Shown here: one piece after another, positions 1 through 13,954 of the stretch
How the letters are laid out: every line of letters starts with the position of its first letter
How positions within the stretch are numbered: position 1 is the stretch's first letter
Assembly (NCBI GenBank): GCA_964016885.1
Contig: OZ024755.1
Span: 12,338,001-12,402,000 of the forward strand
Direction: 5' to 3'
From: Eledone cirrhosa
Lineage: Eukaryota
DNA length: 64,000 bases
The notes under the pieces: model-generated
Database searches by the model: none
What the model saw: only the letters and a program-made list of their open reading frames with translations
Told to the model about the DNA's origin: nothing
Translations under genes and position numbers: made by a program

Positions 1-139
1 CTAACTGGAAATAATGTTTGAGTTTATTGTTGCCCCATGATCCTGGTGGACAGAATAGCAAATATGTTAATTTGGAGAATGGGAAGGGAGATGTACTGAA
101 AGAGCCAGTCCGCAGCATGCTTGCCTCATTTCTTTTTAA

Positions 140-338
140 CCCTTTAGTATTTATATTACTGTATATATACTATTGTTTTTTTCATGGTAAAGGCTTTATC
201 TTACACAATATCACACATAATATCGAATCTATGAGATTTGGATTTTATTTATTTTGAGAACAATACCTTAACATCAGTATGAGCAACCAGTTTAAACAGA
301 AAGAGGTGAGAATTCTGGCCGGATAAGGCCGGTTTAAA
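140..338 (+). mobile_element. piggyBac-type MITE, right end degenerate
   Basis: TTAA+CCCTTTAG start; body matches the copies at 39778 and 45904. Confidence 0.65.
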
Positions 339-1060
339 CTTCACACATCTTCTTCATTCAATACCAATGACTCAGTACCATCAACATTACGCTCTATAAA
401 CAAGTATAAGATGATAAAAAATAAAATACAAAGTAAATACAGTGACTAATAATATTTTGAACCTTTCAGCAATTATGGGAGACAACTCCAGACGTGTTTT
501 GATTATATTAGTCCTTCTCAGTTATGAAATGATGAGAGAATGAATGTTAATGAACACTGCAGAAAACTACAACAGTTGAGACAATGAATTATATGATTTA
601 TGTAAATTATATCTACATGAAAACAATAGTTGATTTAGAATAAATATTTAAATGCATGGTGCTTAGCAAAATCCATCTTGAAATTATTTTGCATTGAGAA
701 GAAAGCATATGTTTTTGATTCTTTTGGTAAGTATAAAATATAACTCCATATATGTTTCAACTATATCAGACTTCATCAGCAAAGCTTAACCTTGATTGTA
801 CAAAGTATAAATTTATATAATGGTTGGTAACAATCTTATTTTTATTTTCCTAAATCCCTCTCTCTTTCTTACTCATCTCATTCTCTATTTCTATCAGTCT
901 TGGATGAATAAGCTACCAAAACTAAAAGTTAGGTCTCAGTTAATTTTAGAATTATAATGAATTTTACTCTATGATCAGTACAAACTCCTCTTATCATTAA
1001 AAGCTCACTATTATTTTATTCTATAAGCCAAGCAACACCAACACACGCACACACATATAT

Positions 1061-1300
1061 CATCATCATCATCATCGTTTAACATCCATCTTCCACGCTA
1101 GCATGGGTTTGGATGGGAATTTTCCCACTTGAGGCAAGATTGGTTGTCTTGCTCGCATAGGACTGTCTGGCGGGTTTTCTACGGTTGGATGCCCTTCCTA
1201 ACACCAACCACGTTTACAGTGTCGACTGGGAGGTTTTTACACGGCCACATTACAGCGTGGACTGTGTGTTTTTTTGTTGTGACACCTACACGACCTCATT
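1061..1300 (-). mobile_element. RTE-related short retroelement 3' end with (CAT)n tail
   Basis: (cat)n-cgtttaacatccatcttccacgctagcatggg and ggatgcccttcctaacaccaacc. Related pieces at 2212-2460 and, reversed, at 35400-35625 and 38540-38760. Confidence 0.6.
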
Positions 1301-1311
1301 TATTTAGGACT

Positions 1312-1360
<49 letters not shown>

Positions 1361-1516
1361 TTAATTAGAAAGTGAACAACACAATATATAACTACTCCAT
1401 TACCAAAGGTTTCTGGATCCCAGACAAGATTAATATAATTCTGGATCGTTCAGCAGACAGTGGCCTGAACAAACGTTAATAATAACATCATTGGGACACC
1501 CGATGAAGGCTGGAGA

Positions 1517-1570
<54 letters not shown>

Positions 1571-1644
1571 GTAATAATAAATTTGAAGACTAAAATCCAA
1601 AGAGGGCTTGATAAGGATAAATATATATGAACCGTAGAGCATAA

Positions 1645-2148
1645 TATATATATATTATATATATATTATATATATATTATATATTTATATATATATATAT
1701 TATATATATATATATTATATATATTATATATGTTTATATATTATATATATATAGTATATATAATATATGTTTATATATTATATATATATATTATATATAT
1801 TATATATATATATATATTATATATATATATATATTATATATTATATATATATACATATATATAATATTATATATATATATATTATATATATTAGAGATAT
1901 ATATATGTATATATTATATTATATATATTATATATATGTATATATTATATTATATATATTATATATATGTATATATTATATTATATATATTATATATATG
2001 TATATATTATATTATATATATTATATATATGTATATATTATATTATATATATTATATATATGTATATATTATATATATATTATATATATTATATATATGC
2101 ATATATTATATATATACATATATATATATTATATATATTATATATATA

Positions 2149-2181
<33 letters not shown>

Positions 2182-2212
2182 AATATTATAATATATGTAT
2201 ATATTATATATA
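1645..2212. repeat. Degenerate (TA)n microsatellite
   Basis: Almost pure A/T alternation. Confidence 0.95.
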
Positions 2213-2791
2213 TCATCATCATCATCATCATCATCACCGTTTTACGTCCGTTCTTCCACGCTAGCATGGGTTAGACGGGTTGTCCTGTTGTGGGCAGTGT
2301 CTGGTCGGCTGACCATGCCTTGCTCATACATGGGTGGAGGTGGATGCCCTTCCTAACACCAACCTCATTTACAGTGAGTGCTGGGTGCTTTTTCGTGGCG
2401 CCTACACGTCCACTTTACAGTGTGGGCTGGGTGCTTTTTTGCCGTGGCACCTCCACGACCACCTTGCGGTGGGGGGGGGGGGGGCATATTGTTTATATGC
2501 TTCAGCATGTACCCATGGGAGGTCGGGTACCCTGTATTACTGCGTGACGCCAGAAGTCACGGTCGTGCGTCTTCATTTTACTGGGATTTCTTGGCACTTC
2601 TTTACCCAGCAGTCATCCTCCATGCGCATCACATGTCCATACCATCTCAGCCTTCTCTGCTGCACACCACAATAATATATATACATATATATTATATATA
2701 TATTATATATATATATATATACCATCATCATCATCATCATTATAATATATATACATATATATTATATATATATTATATATATATATATATA

Positions 2792-3955
2792 CCATCATCA
2801 TCATCATCATTTTACGTCCGCTTTTCCCTGCTTGCAAGGGTTGGACGGGCCCTATTCAGCACAGCATCTCTCCACTTGTCACGGACCTTCGTCATCGCTT
2901 CGGTGAGTTTCAGCGATCTGAGGTCTGCTCTCACCACCTCCGCCCATGTTTTTCGTGGTCTACCTCTACTGCGTCTTCATTTTACTGGGATTTCTTGGCA
3001 CTTCTTTACCCAGCAGTCATCCTCCATGCGCATCACATGTCCATACCATCTCAGCCTTCTCTGCTGCACACCACAACCTTCTGCAGTTGCTACCCATGTC
3101 TCTCTACCATGCAGCATCGCGCATCTCACACAGGCATCATATAACCGTCCTTTCGTACTCAGGGAGAAACCCTTCTTTGTCAACAGAGGAAGCAGCTCCC
3201 TAAACTTCTTTCAACCCGTCCTTATTCTATATACTATGGCCTCGGAACACCCCTTCTCCCATGCTAATCTGATCACCTAGGTACCGGAAGCTATCAACCA
3301 CTTCTATAGAACCCACCTGCATTGGAAAAAATGTGTCTATCACTGCGATTACTACTGCCAACTTTCCCTGTACATCTACTGCATACGTAGTTTTCCCTAC
3401 CTGTTAGTTTGTCTGCTATCCCACTACATCTCTTGCATACTCAAGATCTGCATTGCATACATTTTATGGAATTTATGCCAGTTCCTTTCCTACATATTGA
3501 ACATGACCATTTCCCTGATGGTATCAGAGTATTGTCCTCTCTTCTACTTATCAACACTTTTGTTTTAGCTTTGTTCACTCTCAGGCCTCTTGATTCCAAC
3601 TGCTGTTTCCATAGCCAGAATTTATTGTCTAGCTCCTCTACTGATTCTGCTATAAGAACCAGATCATCAGCATAGAGAAGTTCCCATGGGCATCCAGTCT
3701 TAAACTCCTCTGTTATGGCTTGGAGGACTATAATGAACAAGAGTGGCTGAAGACCGAACCCTGATTTACACCTACTTGTATCTGGAATTCCTCACTAAAC
3801 TCCATTGTATTATCACTTTACTGACAGCACCCCTATATATAGCTTGCACTGTCCTCACAAACCATTCCTCTACACCAAGTTTCCTTAGGGACCCCCAGAT
3901 GACAGATCGGGGTACCCTATCAAAGGCCTTCTCTAGGTCAACAAAAGCTAAGTAT
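2792..3955 (-). mobile_element. RTE-clade LINE remnant (RT C-terminus + Cys-rich finger), internally deleted
   Basis: PWELLYADDLVLIAES RT motif, CSICRKG..CMQC finger, RRLRWYGHVMRM, (CAT)n tail; frameshifts and deletions. Confidence 0.9.
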
Positions 3956-5295
3956 AGTGGCTTATATATATATATTATATATTAAGGGTGAAAGCAGCAA
4001 TTCTTTGCTTAAACTTTAATCTGTTATTTTAATAAATATATTATATATATATATATATTAGATATATATAATATATTTATATAATATATATATATTATAT
4101 ATATATATATAATATATATATTATATATATATTATATATATATTATATATATATATAATAATGTAGTGATTGTATTTTTCACACCTTACTCTCTTAACTT
4201 CCTTTAAAGTGTACACATTATTTTTATTATTTTGTTTATTGCTACATTAATATTCTTAATCAGATGAAATGCTTGAGGTGGATATGATAGATCAATCAAA
4301 AGGATGATTTATTACCATAAGTAAATTAACATTGACCTACATATAAAAATAAAATGCTGTATTTCCTGGCTTGGAAGATGTTTTTTCCCTGAATGAGTCT
4401 GGAAATTGTCCTTGAATCTTCGAGGCCGAAGGCTATATTAGTTGAAAGTTTTGTTTTCATGTTAAAGTTTTTTCAACGTTTAAATACTCAGAATAAAGAT
4501 GCATCTATGACATTAAAGCATCTTCAGCGCTGGGAAATACAGTACAATTTTCTAAATTCATTTAAAATTTGTTTTCCTATTCTTTTCTTCTTTTAAATTT
4601 AATTCTATCTAATTAATTTACTTATATATTTTTCACATTTTTCGATGTCTGCTGTTAAAAATTATCATTACATTACAATAATCAAATTATCAAATTGTAG
4701 TTTACAAATATATTTACAAGTTCAAAAGTATAAATCTATGAAATGAAAAAAATAAATAAAATAAAAATTATGAATTAAAAAAAATACTATTTTCAATATT
4801 TAAAATATATAAAAATCGAAAGTAAATTATTTCTATTTTATTCATTTTTCCCATTTGTTAAAAATCTTCCCACCCCAATCTTTCGCTACCAAACGAAAAT
4901 AAAAGAAAAAATAATTAAATAATATAAAAGACAAAATTAAAAGTAAAATTCTCCGTATTGATTTTTTAAAATATATTTCCTTTATTTAAAATACTTTAAA
5001 CGATTTTTTCAAAATTTCAACATTTCTTTATTATTATCACTGTACAACATAATATTTTTTTTCATGGTTGATAGTGGAGATACTTTTCAAACAAATATAA
5101 TTCTAAAACTGTTTAATGGCTGTTTGTTTTATTGCTGTTATTATTGTTATCATTATTATCTATTATGTTTTATGTGTAAAGTATTTCTATTTATTATATT
5201 TACCTCATACCCTCTTCCTAGTCTCTCTGTTTTTGAATATATATATATGTGTGTGTGTGTGTATATATGTGTGTGTGTGTATATATGTATGTATG

Positions 5296-5354
<59 letters not shown>

Positions 5355-5473
5355 ATGCTTAGTTAGTTGCATCAGTGCAAAATCTTGTTTACCTTATCAG
5401 CAGCCATTACCTTATATTCTTCTATATGCTCTTTGCTAGATTTCAATAAAGTATTTTATGGCTAAACATTTCT

Positions 5474-5533
<60 letters not shown>

Positions 5534-5709
5534 AGAAAACTAAAAATCAGTGATGCATCTGAACTCAATTTATTGTGCGTTACAATTGTTTCGCTGGTGG
5601 ACAGCTTGAGACGTGATCATTGTGTGGATCTGTCTGATTCTGGACCCGCAGGTTCGACGGACACGTCTAATGATTTCGGAGCATATTCTCTCAAGCTACC
5701 ATCAGACAC

Positions 5710-5750
<41 letters not shown>

Positions 5751-5896
5751 GTATTTTTGTAGAATAATAAAAGTATGCATATATCAGGTAAGTAGCAGTA
5801 GCACTCAACTGTTAATAGAATTGGAGTATATATAGAAGAAATTAAAAGATGGTTAAAAAAGAACTTTTTTAACCATCTTTTAATTTCTTCTTATAT

Positions 5897-5949
<53 letters not shown>

Positions 5950-5952
<3 letters not shown>

Positions 5953-6730
5953 GATAAGTAGAAGAGAGAACAATACTCTGATTCCATCAGGGAAATGCCC
6001 ATTTTCAATATGTAGGAAAGGAACTGGCATAAATTCCATAAAATGTACGCAATGCGGATCTTGGGTACATAAGAGATGTAGTGGGATAGCAGGCAAACTA
6101 ACAGGTAGGGAAAACTACGTATGCAGTAGATGTACAGCGAAAGTTGGCAGTAGTAATCGCAGTGATAAACACATTTTTTCCAATGCAGGTGGGTTCTATA
6201 GAAGTGGTTGATAGCTTCCAGTACCTAGGTGATCAGTTTAGCATGGGAGGGAGGGGGGGGGTGTTCTGGAATAAAGACGGGTTGGAAGAAGCTTAAGGAG
6301 CTGTTTCCTCTTTTGACAAAGAACGGTTATATGATGCCTGTGTGAGATGCGCGATGCTGCATGGTAGTGAGACATGGGCAGCAACTGCAGAGGATATGCG
6401 ATGGCTGGAGAGAAATGAAGCATGGATGTGCAATGTCAATGTGCATGAACGACCAAGCATAGACGAGTTGAGAAAGAAACTGGGTATAAGATGGATAAGT
6501 TATGGTGTGCAGGAGAGAAGACTTAGATGGTATGAACATGTGATGCGCATGGAGGATGACTGCTGGGTAAAGAAATGCCAAGAAATCCCAGTAAAAGGAA
6601 GACGCAGTAGAGGTAGACCACGAAAAACATGGGCGGAGGTGGTGAGAGCAGACCTCAGATCACTGAAACTCACAGAGGAGATGACAAAGGACCGTGACAA
6701 GTGGAGAGATGCTGTGCTGAATAGGACCCA
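5950..6730 (+). mobile_element. RTE-clade LINE remnant, same family as 2792-3955, opposite orientation
   Basis: CTQCGSWVHKRCSG..CSRC, MLHGSETW, RRLRWYEHVMRM, GRRSRGRPRKTW. Confidence 0.9.
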
Positions 6731-6889
6731 TGCTTTCCAGCATAGAGTTACGTCCCTTCAAATCCCGCTGAGGCTAACTTTGTCTTTCATCCTTACGGGG
6801 TCGATAGAATATAGTACCAGTAATGTACTGGGAATTTGCTGGCCTTGTGCCAAAAGTAGAAACAATTATTATTTCACTTCACTAGGTGG

Positions 6890-7075
6890 ATAGGCAGTAT
6901 CGGTAAAGGGTCGGACGCCATGCTTTGACATATAGAGTTATGGCCCTTTCCATTCTGAGTTCAAATCCCCCCGAGGTTAACTTTGTCTTTCATTCTTATG
7001 AGGTCAATAAAATAAAGTACCAGTAATGCACTGGGATAATTTCTGGCCTTGTGCCAAAAGTAGAAACAATTATTA
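6890..7075 (+). mobile_element. tRNA-derived SINE (dominant family; partial copy at 6748-6870)
   Basis: A-box-like GGCAGTATCGG, B-box GAGTTCAAATCC, core ctttcat(t/c)ctta.g.ggtc.ataaaataaagtaccag, tail ggccttgtgccaaaagtagaaacaattat. Confidence 0.85.
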
Positions 7076-7219
7076 TTTCACTTTACTATTATCTTGATTA
7101 TAAAGATCCCATAACTCCTTGTGGAGTCATTGAGGTACCGTCATACGGTGTGTCTAGGACACTTTTAAACCTGGTGGAGACCGCCTTTCTCCAGGTCTGA
7201 ACACAGCCGATTTTTTCGA

Positions 7220-7385
7220 TAGTGGAAGAATCAACTGCTGTACTGGACTGGTACTTTTTTTTATTGACTTCAAAAGGATGAAAGGCAAAGTTGACCATGG
7301 CAGAATTTGAACTCAGAGCATGCAATGAGATGGGACGAGTACCGTAAAGCATTCTGTCCAACGTCTTAACAACTCTGTCAATACG
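7220..7385 (-). mobile_element. tRNA-derived SINE, diverged
   Basis: aggatgaaaggcaaagttgacc...gaatttgaactc (reverse complement of the family core). Confidence 0.75.
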
Positions 7386-7569
7386 CCACCTTAATATCTT
7401 AATTAACATCACAAAATCAAAAGTCCAAGCTAGTGGTAGGTTGAGCTTTTGGTACCAAACTACATTGCTAATTTTCAATTTCTTACTAATTTGGTTTCAT
7501 GTGATTTGTTAATTTAAATATTTATATTACCTTTACTAGTGGATAGATCATTACAATAATTTGCAGTAT

Positions 7570-7769
7570 TACAACAGTTGGCTGAAAATTTCATAGGCTG
7601 ACTATGAACGATTGATGTTAGTGCTGTGAAATCTTGCATGCATTAATTTCAACTCTTCTTATTAATAACATCCTTGTTTCTTTCCAGAGACTATGTTAAA
7701 AAAATACCTCATTTGGTCATTCCATGAGAGTATCCTGGTCAGTCTATAAACTTTTCAACTGACTCATAG
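7570..7769. mobile_element. Tc1/mariner-type MITE
   Basis: Imperfect ~30-bp inverted ends: ggctgaaaatttcataggctgac / gtcagtctataaacttttcaac; TA at both ends. Confidence 0.55.
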
Positions 7770-8318
7770 AGCAATGACTTAAAATTTTTTGTGATGCAGA
7801 TATCCTGTTGTTTAGTACTTTTCAATAATGCCTGGCTAATGAGGTTTTAAATGGTACAGGACATTGAGAATTAATTTTCATTAGATAATACAGAGGGACT
7901 TTAATATCCTTCTAACTTCTTTATTATTTTCCTGCCAGGAAAGAGAGAAATAAGAGATTGCAAAATATAGGATAGTTATGATTCATCTAAGTCTACTTTG
8001 GTTAAATATAGTTAGTTTATTTACTTAGAATTTCCTAACAGTCTAACTATTAATACTATAAACATGTACTAACAACGTTTCTGTCTGCTATTAAGTTACG
8101 AATGGTTAAGAAACTTGCTTGCTGGATACATTTTTCTCTTCTAGTACTGTATAGGCTGTTTATAATACAGTTGAGTCTTGCTGAACTAGTTTGCTAACTA
8201 ATGAAAAACATAATACATTAGGTTGATAGCAAAGTTTTATTTTGTTATTATTGCTGTTGTTGTGACCTCAAAAGCTGCTATCTGCATCATGTTTGTATGC
8301 ACATGTATATATGTATAC

Positions 8319-8354
<36 letters not shown>

Positions 8355-8417
8355 GCGTGTGTGTGTATATGTGTGTATATATATATGTGTGTGTATATAT
8401 ATATATATAATATATAT

Positions 8418-8460
<43 letters not shown>

Positions 8461-8746
8461 TATATATATATATATGTATATATGTATACACATACACATA
8501 TATTATCATGCTCATGATCATCATCGTTTAACGAACATTCTCCCTGTTAGTAAAGATATATATATATACACTATATATATACACATATACATTTATATAT
8601 GTGTGTGTCTGTGGGCTGGTTAATGTATATAGATATACACTGTACAACATAAAAACATTGAAACAAAACACCATTAACATACACCAGTAATGTGTTAATC
8701 TAACCAGCTGCCAAGAATGCTTTATAATAGGCAAATATTTGGGCAC

Positions 8747-9380
8747 TGGCATGGCTGAGTAGTTAAGAGGTTTGCTTCACAATTATGAGACCCTGGGCTC
8801 AATCCCATTGTGTGGCATCTCGTACATAGAGAGTGTCTTTACAATAGAGAGTGTCTTGTGGAGGAGAGTGTCGTACATAGAGAGTGTCTTGTGGAGGAGA
8901 GTGTCGTACATAGAGAGTGTCTTTACAATAGAGAGTGTCTTGTGGAGGAGAGTGTCGTACATAGAGAGTGTCGTACATAGAGAGTGTCGTACATAGAGAG
9001 TGTCTTTACAATAGAGAGTGTCTTGTGGAGGAGAGTGTCGTACATAGAGAGTGTCGTACATAGAGAGTGTCTTTACAATAGAGAGTGTCTTGTGGAGGAG
9101 AGTGTCGTACATAGAGAGTGTCTTTACAATAGAGAGTGTCTTGTGGAGGAGAGTGTCGTACATAGAGAGTGTCTTTACAATAGAGAGTGTCTTGTGGAGG
9201 AGAGTGTCGTACATAGAGAGTGTCGTACATAGAGAGTGTCTTTACAATAGAGAGTGTCTTGTGGAGGAGAGTGTCGTACATAGAGAGTGTCTTTACAATA
9301 GAGAGTGTCTTGTGGAGGAGAGTGTCGTACATAGAGAGTGTCTTTACAATAGCTTCATATTGACCCGAGCCTTATGAATA
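8747..9380 (+). mobile_element. CORE-like tRNA SINE interrupted by an internal minisatellite expansion
   Basis: Head ggcatggctgagtagttaag...gggctcaatcccattgtgtggc; resumes after the array as gtgtctttacaatagc...gacccgagcctt. Confidence 0.6.
8819..9352. repeat. Composite minisatellite of 16-18 bp GAGAGTGTC-based modules
   Basis: Modules gagagtgtcgtacata / gagagtgtctttacaata / gagagtgtcttgtggag in variable order. Confidence 0.95.
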
Positions 9381-9629
9381 AGATTAATATGAGTTCAAAT
9401 CCTGCCATGGTTAACTTTGCCTTTCATCCTTTCAAGACCAATAAAAAAAGTACCAGTCCAGTACTGGGGTCGATTCTTCCCCTATTGAAAAAATTGGCTG
9501 TGTTCAGACCTGGAGAGGGTTGGTCTCTACCAGGTTTAAATGTTTCCTAGACACACCATATGACAGTACCTTTACGGTGCATCTCTTCATGTTTTGTTTT
9601 AATTTATGTCCTCATTGCATCCATATATG

Positions 9630-9911
9630 ATGGACAGGAACCCCTCCTCGCAACAGTGAAAAGACAGAAGCTTTTCTGGTATGGTTATATATCCTACCAC
9701 AACTCATTGTCCAAAACCATTCTTCAGGGCACAGTGAAGGGAGGGCAAAGAAAATACTGGTCCGACAACATCAAAGACTGGACTCGTCCCAACACAGAGA
9801 CCCTTCTATGCATAACAGAGAATAGAAACCAATGGCAACAACTGACAGCAAAAGCATCTAGAGCGGCACCTCAACGACTGGCTGCACCAGTTCTGGGAAC
9901 ATGATGATGAT
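9630..9911 (+). mobile_element. 3' end of a second RTE-like LINE
   Basis: LLATVKRQKLFWYGYI...TILQGTVKG..RKYWSDNIKDWT followed by a (TGA)n tail. Confidence 0.8.
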
Positions 9912-10697
9912 GGGTGACTCTCCCATTGATTTCAATGTAGGAGGATACGAACAACCTATTCAGTTTGAATGTTTATGTCACGCATGACATTTTAGACCTG
10001 CCAAAAATTGGAAAACAAGTCCAAAGATCGTGCAAAGGTGAGGTGTATGCTTGATTATGCTTTTATCCTCCCCCTTGCTTCTTGTAACCTATGTGTGTGT
10101 TCGTGTCTGTGTTTATATTTACTGTTAATTTACGTCACGTAACATAGCGGTTCGACAAAAAGAGATCGATGAAATCAGTACGAGACATGAATAAAAAATA
10201 AATCAGTACTCAGTCACTTGCACGGTAGTTTCATGAGCAAGCTGTTCCGTTGATCAAAAGACAGTTGATACACACCTTGTCTGAACTCACGGATATTCAA
10301 CAACAAATCTGACATTACGCCAACGCCAGTTTTAAGCTGACCAATAAGAAAACCTTATTCCATCCACCATTTTTAGCTGAGACAAGTCACTCTAATCAAA
10401 AATACAGACTGAAAGATGGAGGCAACTAAATATCCTGTTTGCTGAAAGCCAAGCTATTTTGTTAATAACTTATGTGTGTATGATCCGGTTATATTGTTTA
10501 CATATTAAGTCAGTCATATATCAAGAAAACAAAATGATTTTGCAGTCCACTTTGCGTCATGTGTAGATGTAAGGATGTCCCGACTGACTGGATACAATGT
10601 TAGCGTTTAACTTTATTGTTATATCAGATATATTAGATTTGAACAATCAATAATGTTGTAGACGAATAGATCTCAGAAAATATATCCCTATATGAAA

Positions 10698-11350
10698 TAA
10701 TTGTTTCTACTTTTGGCACAAGGCCAGCAATTACCCAGTACATTACTGGTACTTTATTTTATCGACCTCGTAAGGATGAAAGGCAAGGTTAACTTCGGCG
10801 GAATTTGAACTCAGATCGTAAAGGGACGTAACTATGCTGGAAAGCATGTCCGACCATCCACCGATACTGGCAATTCACCAATTAAAACATACAGGAACAT
10901 AAATTATGTCGTAGAAAAATATACAAGCACAGAAATATCAGTTTCTTGTTTAGGTACAGGCCAGCAATTTTGAAGGTAGGTGAAAGTTGATTGTATCTAC
11001 CTCAGTATTTGACTGGTACTTTATTTTATCGACCTTGGAAGGATGAAAGGTAAAGTTGACCTCAGTGGGATTTGAACTCATAATGTAAAGAGCCAGTACG
11101 AATACTTCAAAGCATTTTATCCGACGCTTATACAATTTTGCTAATCAACTACCTTTCATATTGATTTTTAATTTTGATACAAAGCCAGTAAATTTGGGGT
11201 ATGAGTACAGTTGATTAAATCAACCCACAACTTGATTGGTATTTTATTTTATCGACCGTGGGAAGATGAAATGAAAAGTTGACCTTGGCGGAATCTGAAC
11301 TCCGAACATAAAGAACGTGAAAGAATACTATTAAGCCCTTGTCTAACACT
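10698..11350 (-). mobile_element. Three tandem tRNA-SINE copies (~10698-10875, 10945-11150, 11170-11350)
   Basis: Each has tactttattttatcgacc..gatgaaa...tgaactc. Confidence 0.8.
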
Positions 11351-11412
11351 CTGCACATACTCCGTCTTCCCCATATTGCGTTCATCCATTGTTAATATCG
11401 CAAAATCTTGAC

Positions 11413-12225
11413 CAGTGGCGGCTCGTGTATTGTCAGTGCGGAACTGAACCCGCTCCTCTATTTTCACTCGATATAATCGATAACATTCAATATATTAGTA
11501 GCCAACTCCTCGTTCACAAAATATTACAAAGATCCTTGTATGGAACTGTGTGTTCCACGGTTCCAGCGATGCGGTGTTTGGCTGTTATACACATGTCCGA
11601 GGAAAGAAGCTGAACTCTGGCTAGAGAGAACTCTGTCGCTCATGCAATGCCGACCATGTTATCCGAGTATTGCTTATTTTTGACTCAGCTTCAAACTAAA
11701 CTAAAAGTATTCTATTGTAGATCCGATATGCATGAATATTGCAAATTAATTGGGGTGCTGCAATTTATCTTGGAAAATAATTTAGATTGTGTTCTTAGTG
11801 AAATTACAAAACTGATAAAAATCCTCTTGACAATTCCCATGACTACATTAGAGCCAAAACGTTGCTTTTCAACACTGAAAAGAATAAACACTTTTCTAAG
11901 GAGTACTATGAATCCTGAAAGACTAAATGCACTTGCATTGCTTTCAATAGAGAAACATTTCCCCAACAATCACTCAGGGATCAAGGAGAAAATTATTAAC
12001 CTTTTCGCTCAAAGTAAAACACGAATGGATTACATTTTTTAAATGAGCAGATCAAGCTTGAACTATAACAATTTAAGTAAAAAATAATTTTTTCGTTTAG
12101 GATTTGATCAAACTTATATATAAATGTTCATTTTATATGTTTGTTTCGTTTTACACAATATTAGAACAATGGCTAAACATTTCTGAAGCAGACCCCCCTC
12201 TAATTTTAGCCACGGGCCGCTACTG
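11413..12225 (+). mobile_element. Internally deleted hAT DNA transposon (ZMYM1/PRKRIR-like transposase C-terminus)
   Basis: TIRs CAGTGGCGGCTCGTG / CACGGGCCGCTACTG; 8-bp flanks ATCTTGAC / ACCGTGAC (6/8). ORF 11647-12042 has the hAT dimerisation motif ILLTIPMTT..PKRCFSTLKRINTFLRSTM..ERLNALALLSIE. Confidence 0.88.
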
Positions 12226-12502
12226 ACCGTGACCTTCCTACAATAGATCACAAATAGCTTTTTTTTTTATATATATATGTTTCAGCTTAACGCCCCGCCA
12301 CTACCTCCAACAAAACATTTAGCGCCTAGGGTACACATCCCGGCTACCCCAGCCTAGTTAGGGCACTGGATCCATAATATATAAATAAACTGTGCTTTCT
12401 TGTTGCTGGTTATTGTAATCAGCTATTCATGCTGAGTAAAAGACAATCGTTGTAAACTTTACCACAAAACATACTCTTTTGAATCTTCATAAGTTGGTAT
12501 TT

Positions 12503-12940
12503 TATTATATGCAGTATAATATATATTATATGCAGTATAATATATATTATATGCAGTATAATATATATTATATGCAGTATATATATATTATATGCAGTAT
12601 AATATATATTATATGCAGTATATATATATTATATGCAGTATAATATATATTATATGCAGTATAATATATATTATATGCAGTATAATATATATTATATGCA
12701 GTATAATATATATTATATGCAGTATATATATATTATATGCAGTATAATATATATTATATGCAGTATAATATATATTATATGCAGTATATATATATTATAT
12801 GCAGTATAATATATATTATATGCAGTATAATATATATTATATGCAGTATAATATATATTATATGCAGTTTTTATATATATATATATATATATATATCATA
12901 TGCTGTATATATATATTATATGCAGTATATATATGCAGTT
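12503..12940. repeat. ~21-bp minisatellite TTATATGCAGTATAATATATA
   Basis: About 20 tandem units. Confidence 0.95.
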
Positions 12941-13116
12941 TCTGATTTAAGCACAAGGCCAATAATTTGAGGAGAGGGGAAAGTCGATTAAATCGACCCA
13001 AGTGCATGGCTGGTGACTTTATTTTATCGATCCCGTAAGGATGAAAGGTGAAGCTAACCTCGGTGGGATTTGAACTCAGATCGTAAAGAGGCCTTAACTC
13101 TATGACGCAAAGCATG
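12940..13116 (-). mobile_element. tRNA-derived SINE
   Basis: gcacaaggcc...cccgtaaggatgaaagg...gggatttgaactcag. Confidence 0.8.
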
Positions 13117-13909
13117 GTGCCCGTATAATAATAAATTGTATGCTAAGCAGTCAAAATATACGATATATATATATCTGTACATATACATTATAGGATTAAC
13201 CGAAGCTGCTTCGTGAATGTGTATGTAAATATATATACATTGAGTATATAAACTTGTAAATATGTTAATTTACGTATTTCTTTTGGGGGGGGGGGCTGTA
13301 AAAGTGGACATCTTTAATCAATTTTCGATCCATATTGAGGTCTCATCAGTGAACATGTATACCATTGATCGATTGCAGATACATGGTTTTATAAAGCCTA
13401 CCAAATGTATTAATAACCATGGTATACAAGCACTAATTAAAATGCTTAGTGCTTATGTTGGTAGTTAATTTGTTTTTGCTTTTTGTTCACTCAGCAGCTG
13501 AAATATACGATGAATACGTATCTGTGTAATAGAGACTGCGTAGATGCTTATACAAATATACACATTAAGTATATAGACATGTAAACATGCGAAATATACG
13601 TATTTCTCTGTAGATTGAGAATGAACTAGCATTATATGAAGATATGTAAGCGTAAGTTGCCTCGTTTGTCTGGGTTAACGTCCACAGAGAGATATGTTTT
13701 ATAGAAAATTGTATATTTCTGCTGAAACACCAAAGAAATCTTTATAAACAGTTATTTTCGCGTCAATCTCTCTGATAGTCACATCCGGTGCAGTCTACAT
13801 TCACAGCAACCACCTTGTGATATAAGTAATTCAGCAATAATGGTCTACAACTTAGGATGTGGAATATAAATAACGGAATCGGGTCTTTGCGTGTTTACAT
13901 ACATTCATG

Positions 13910-13954
<45 letters not shown>

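Noticed and set aside
485-530. Hammerhead-like motif on the minus strand (CTGAGAA...AAAACACGTC)
   Set aside because: Both core boxes are mutated; cannot be told from chance
11647-12042. Host ZMYM1/THAP12-like gene
   Set aside because: Only a C-terminal fragment, enclosed by TIRs and an 8-bp TSD; a transposon relic
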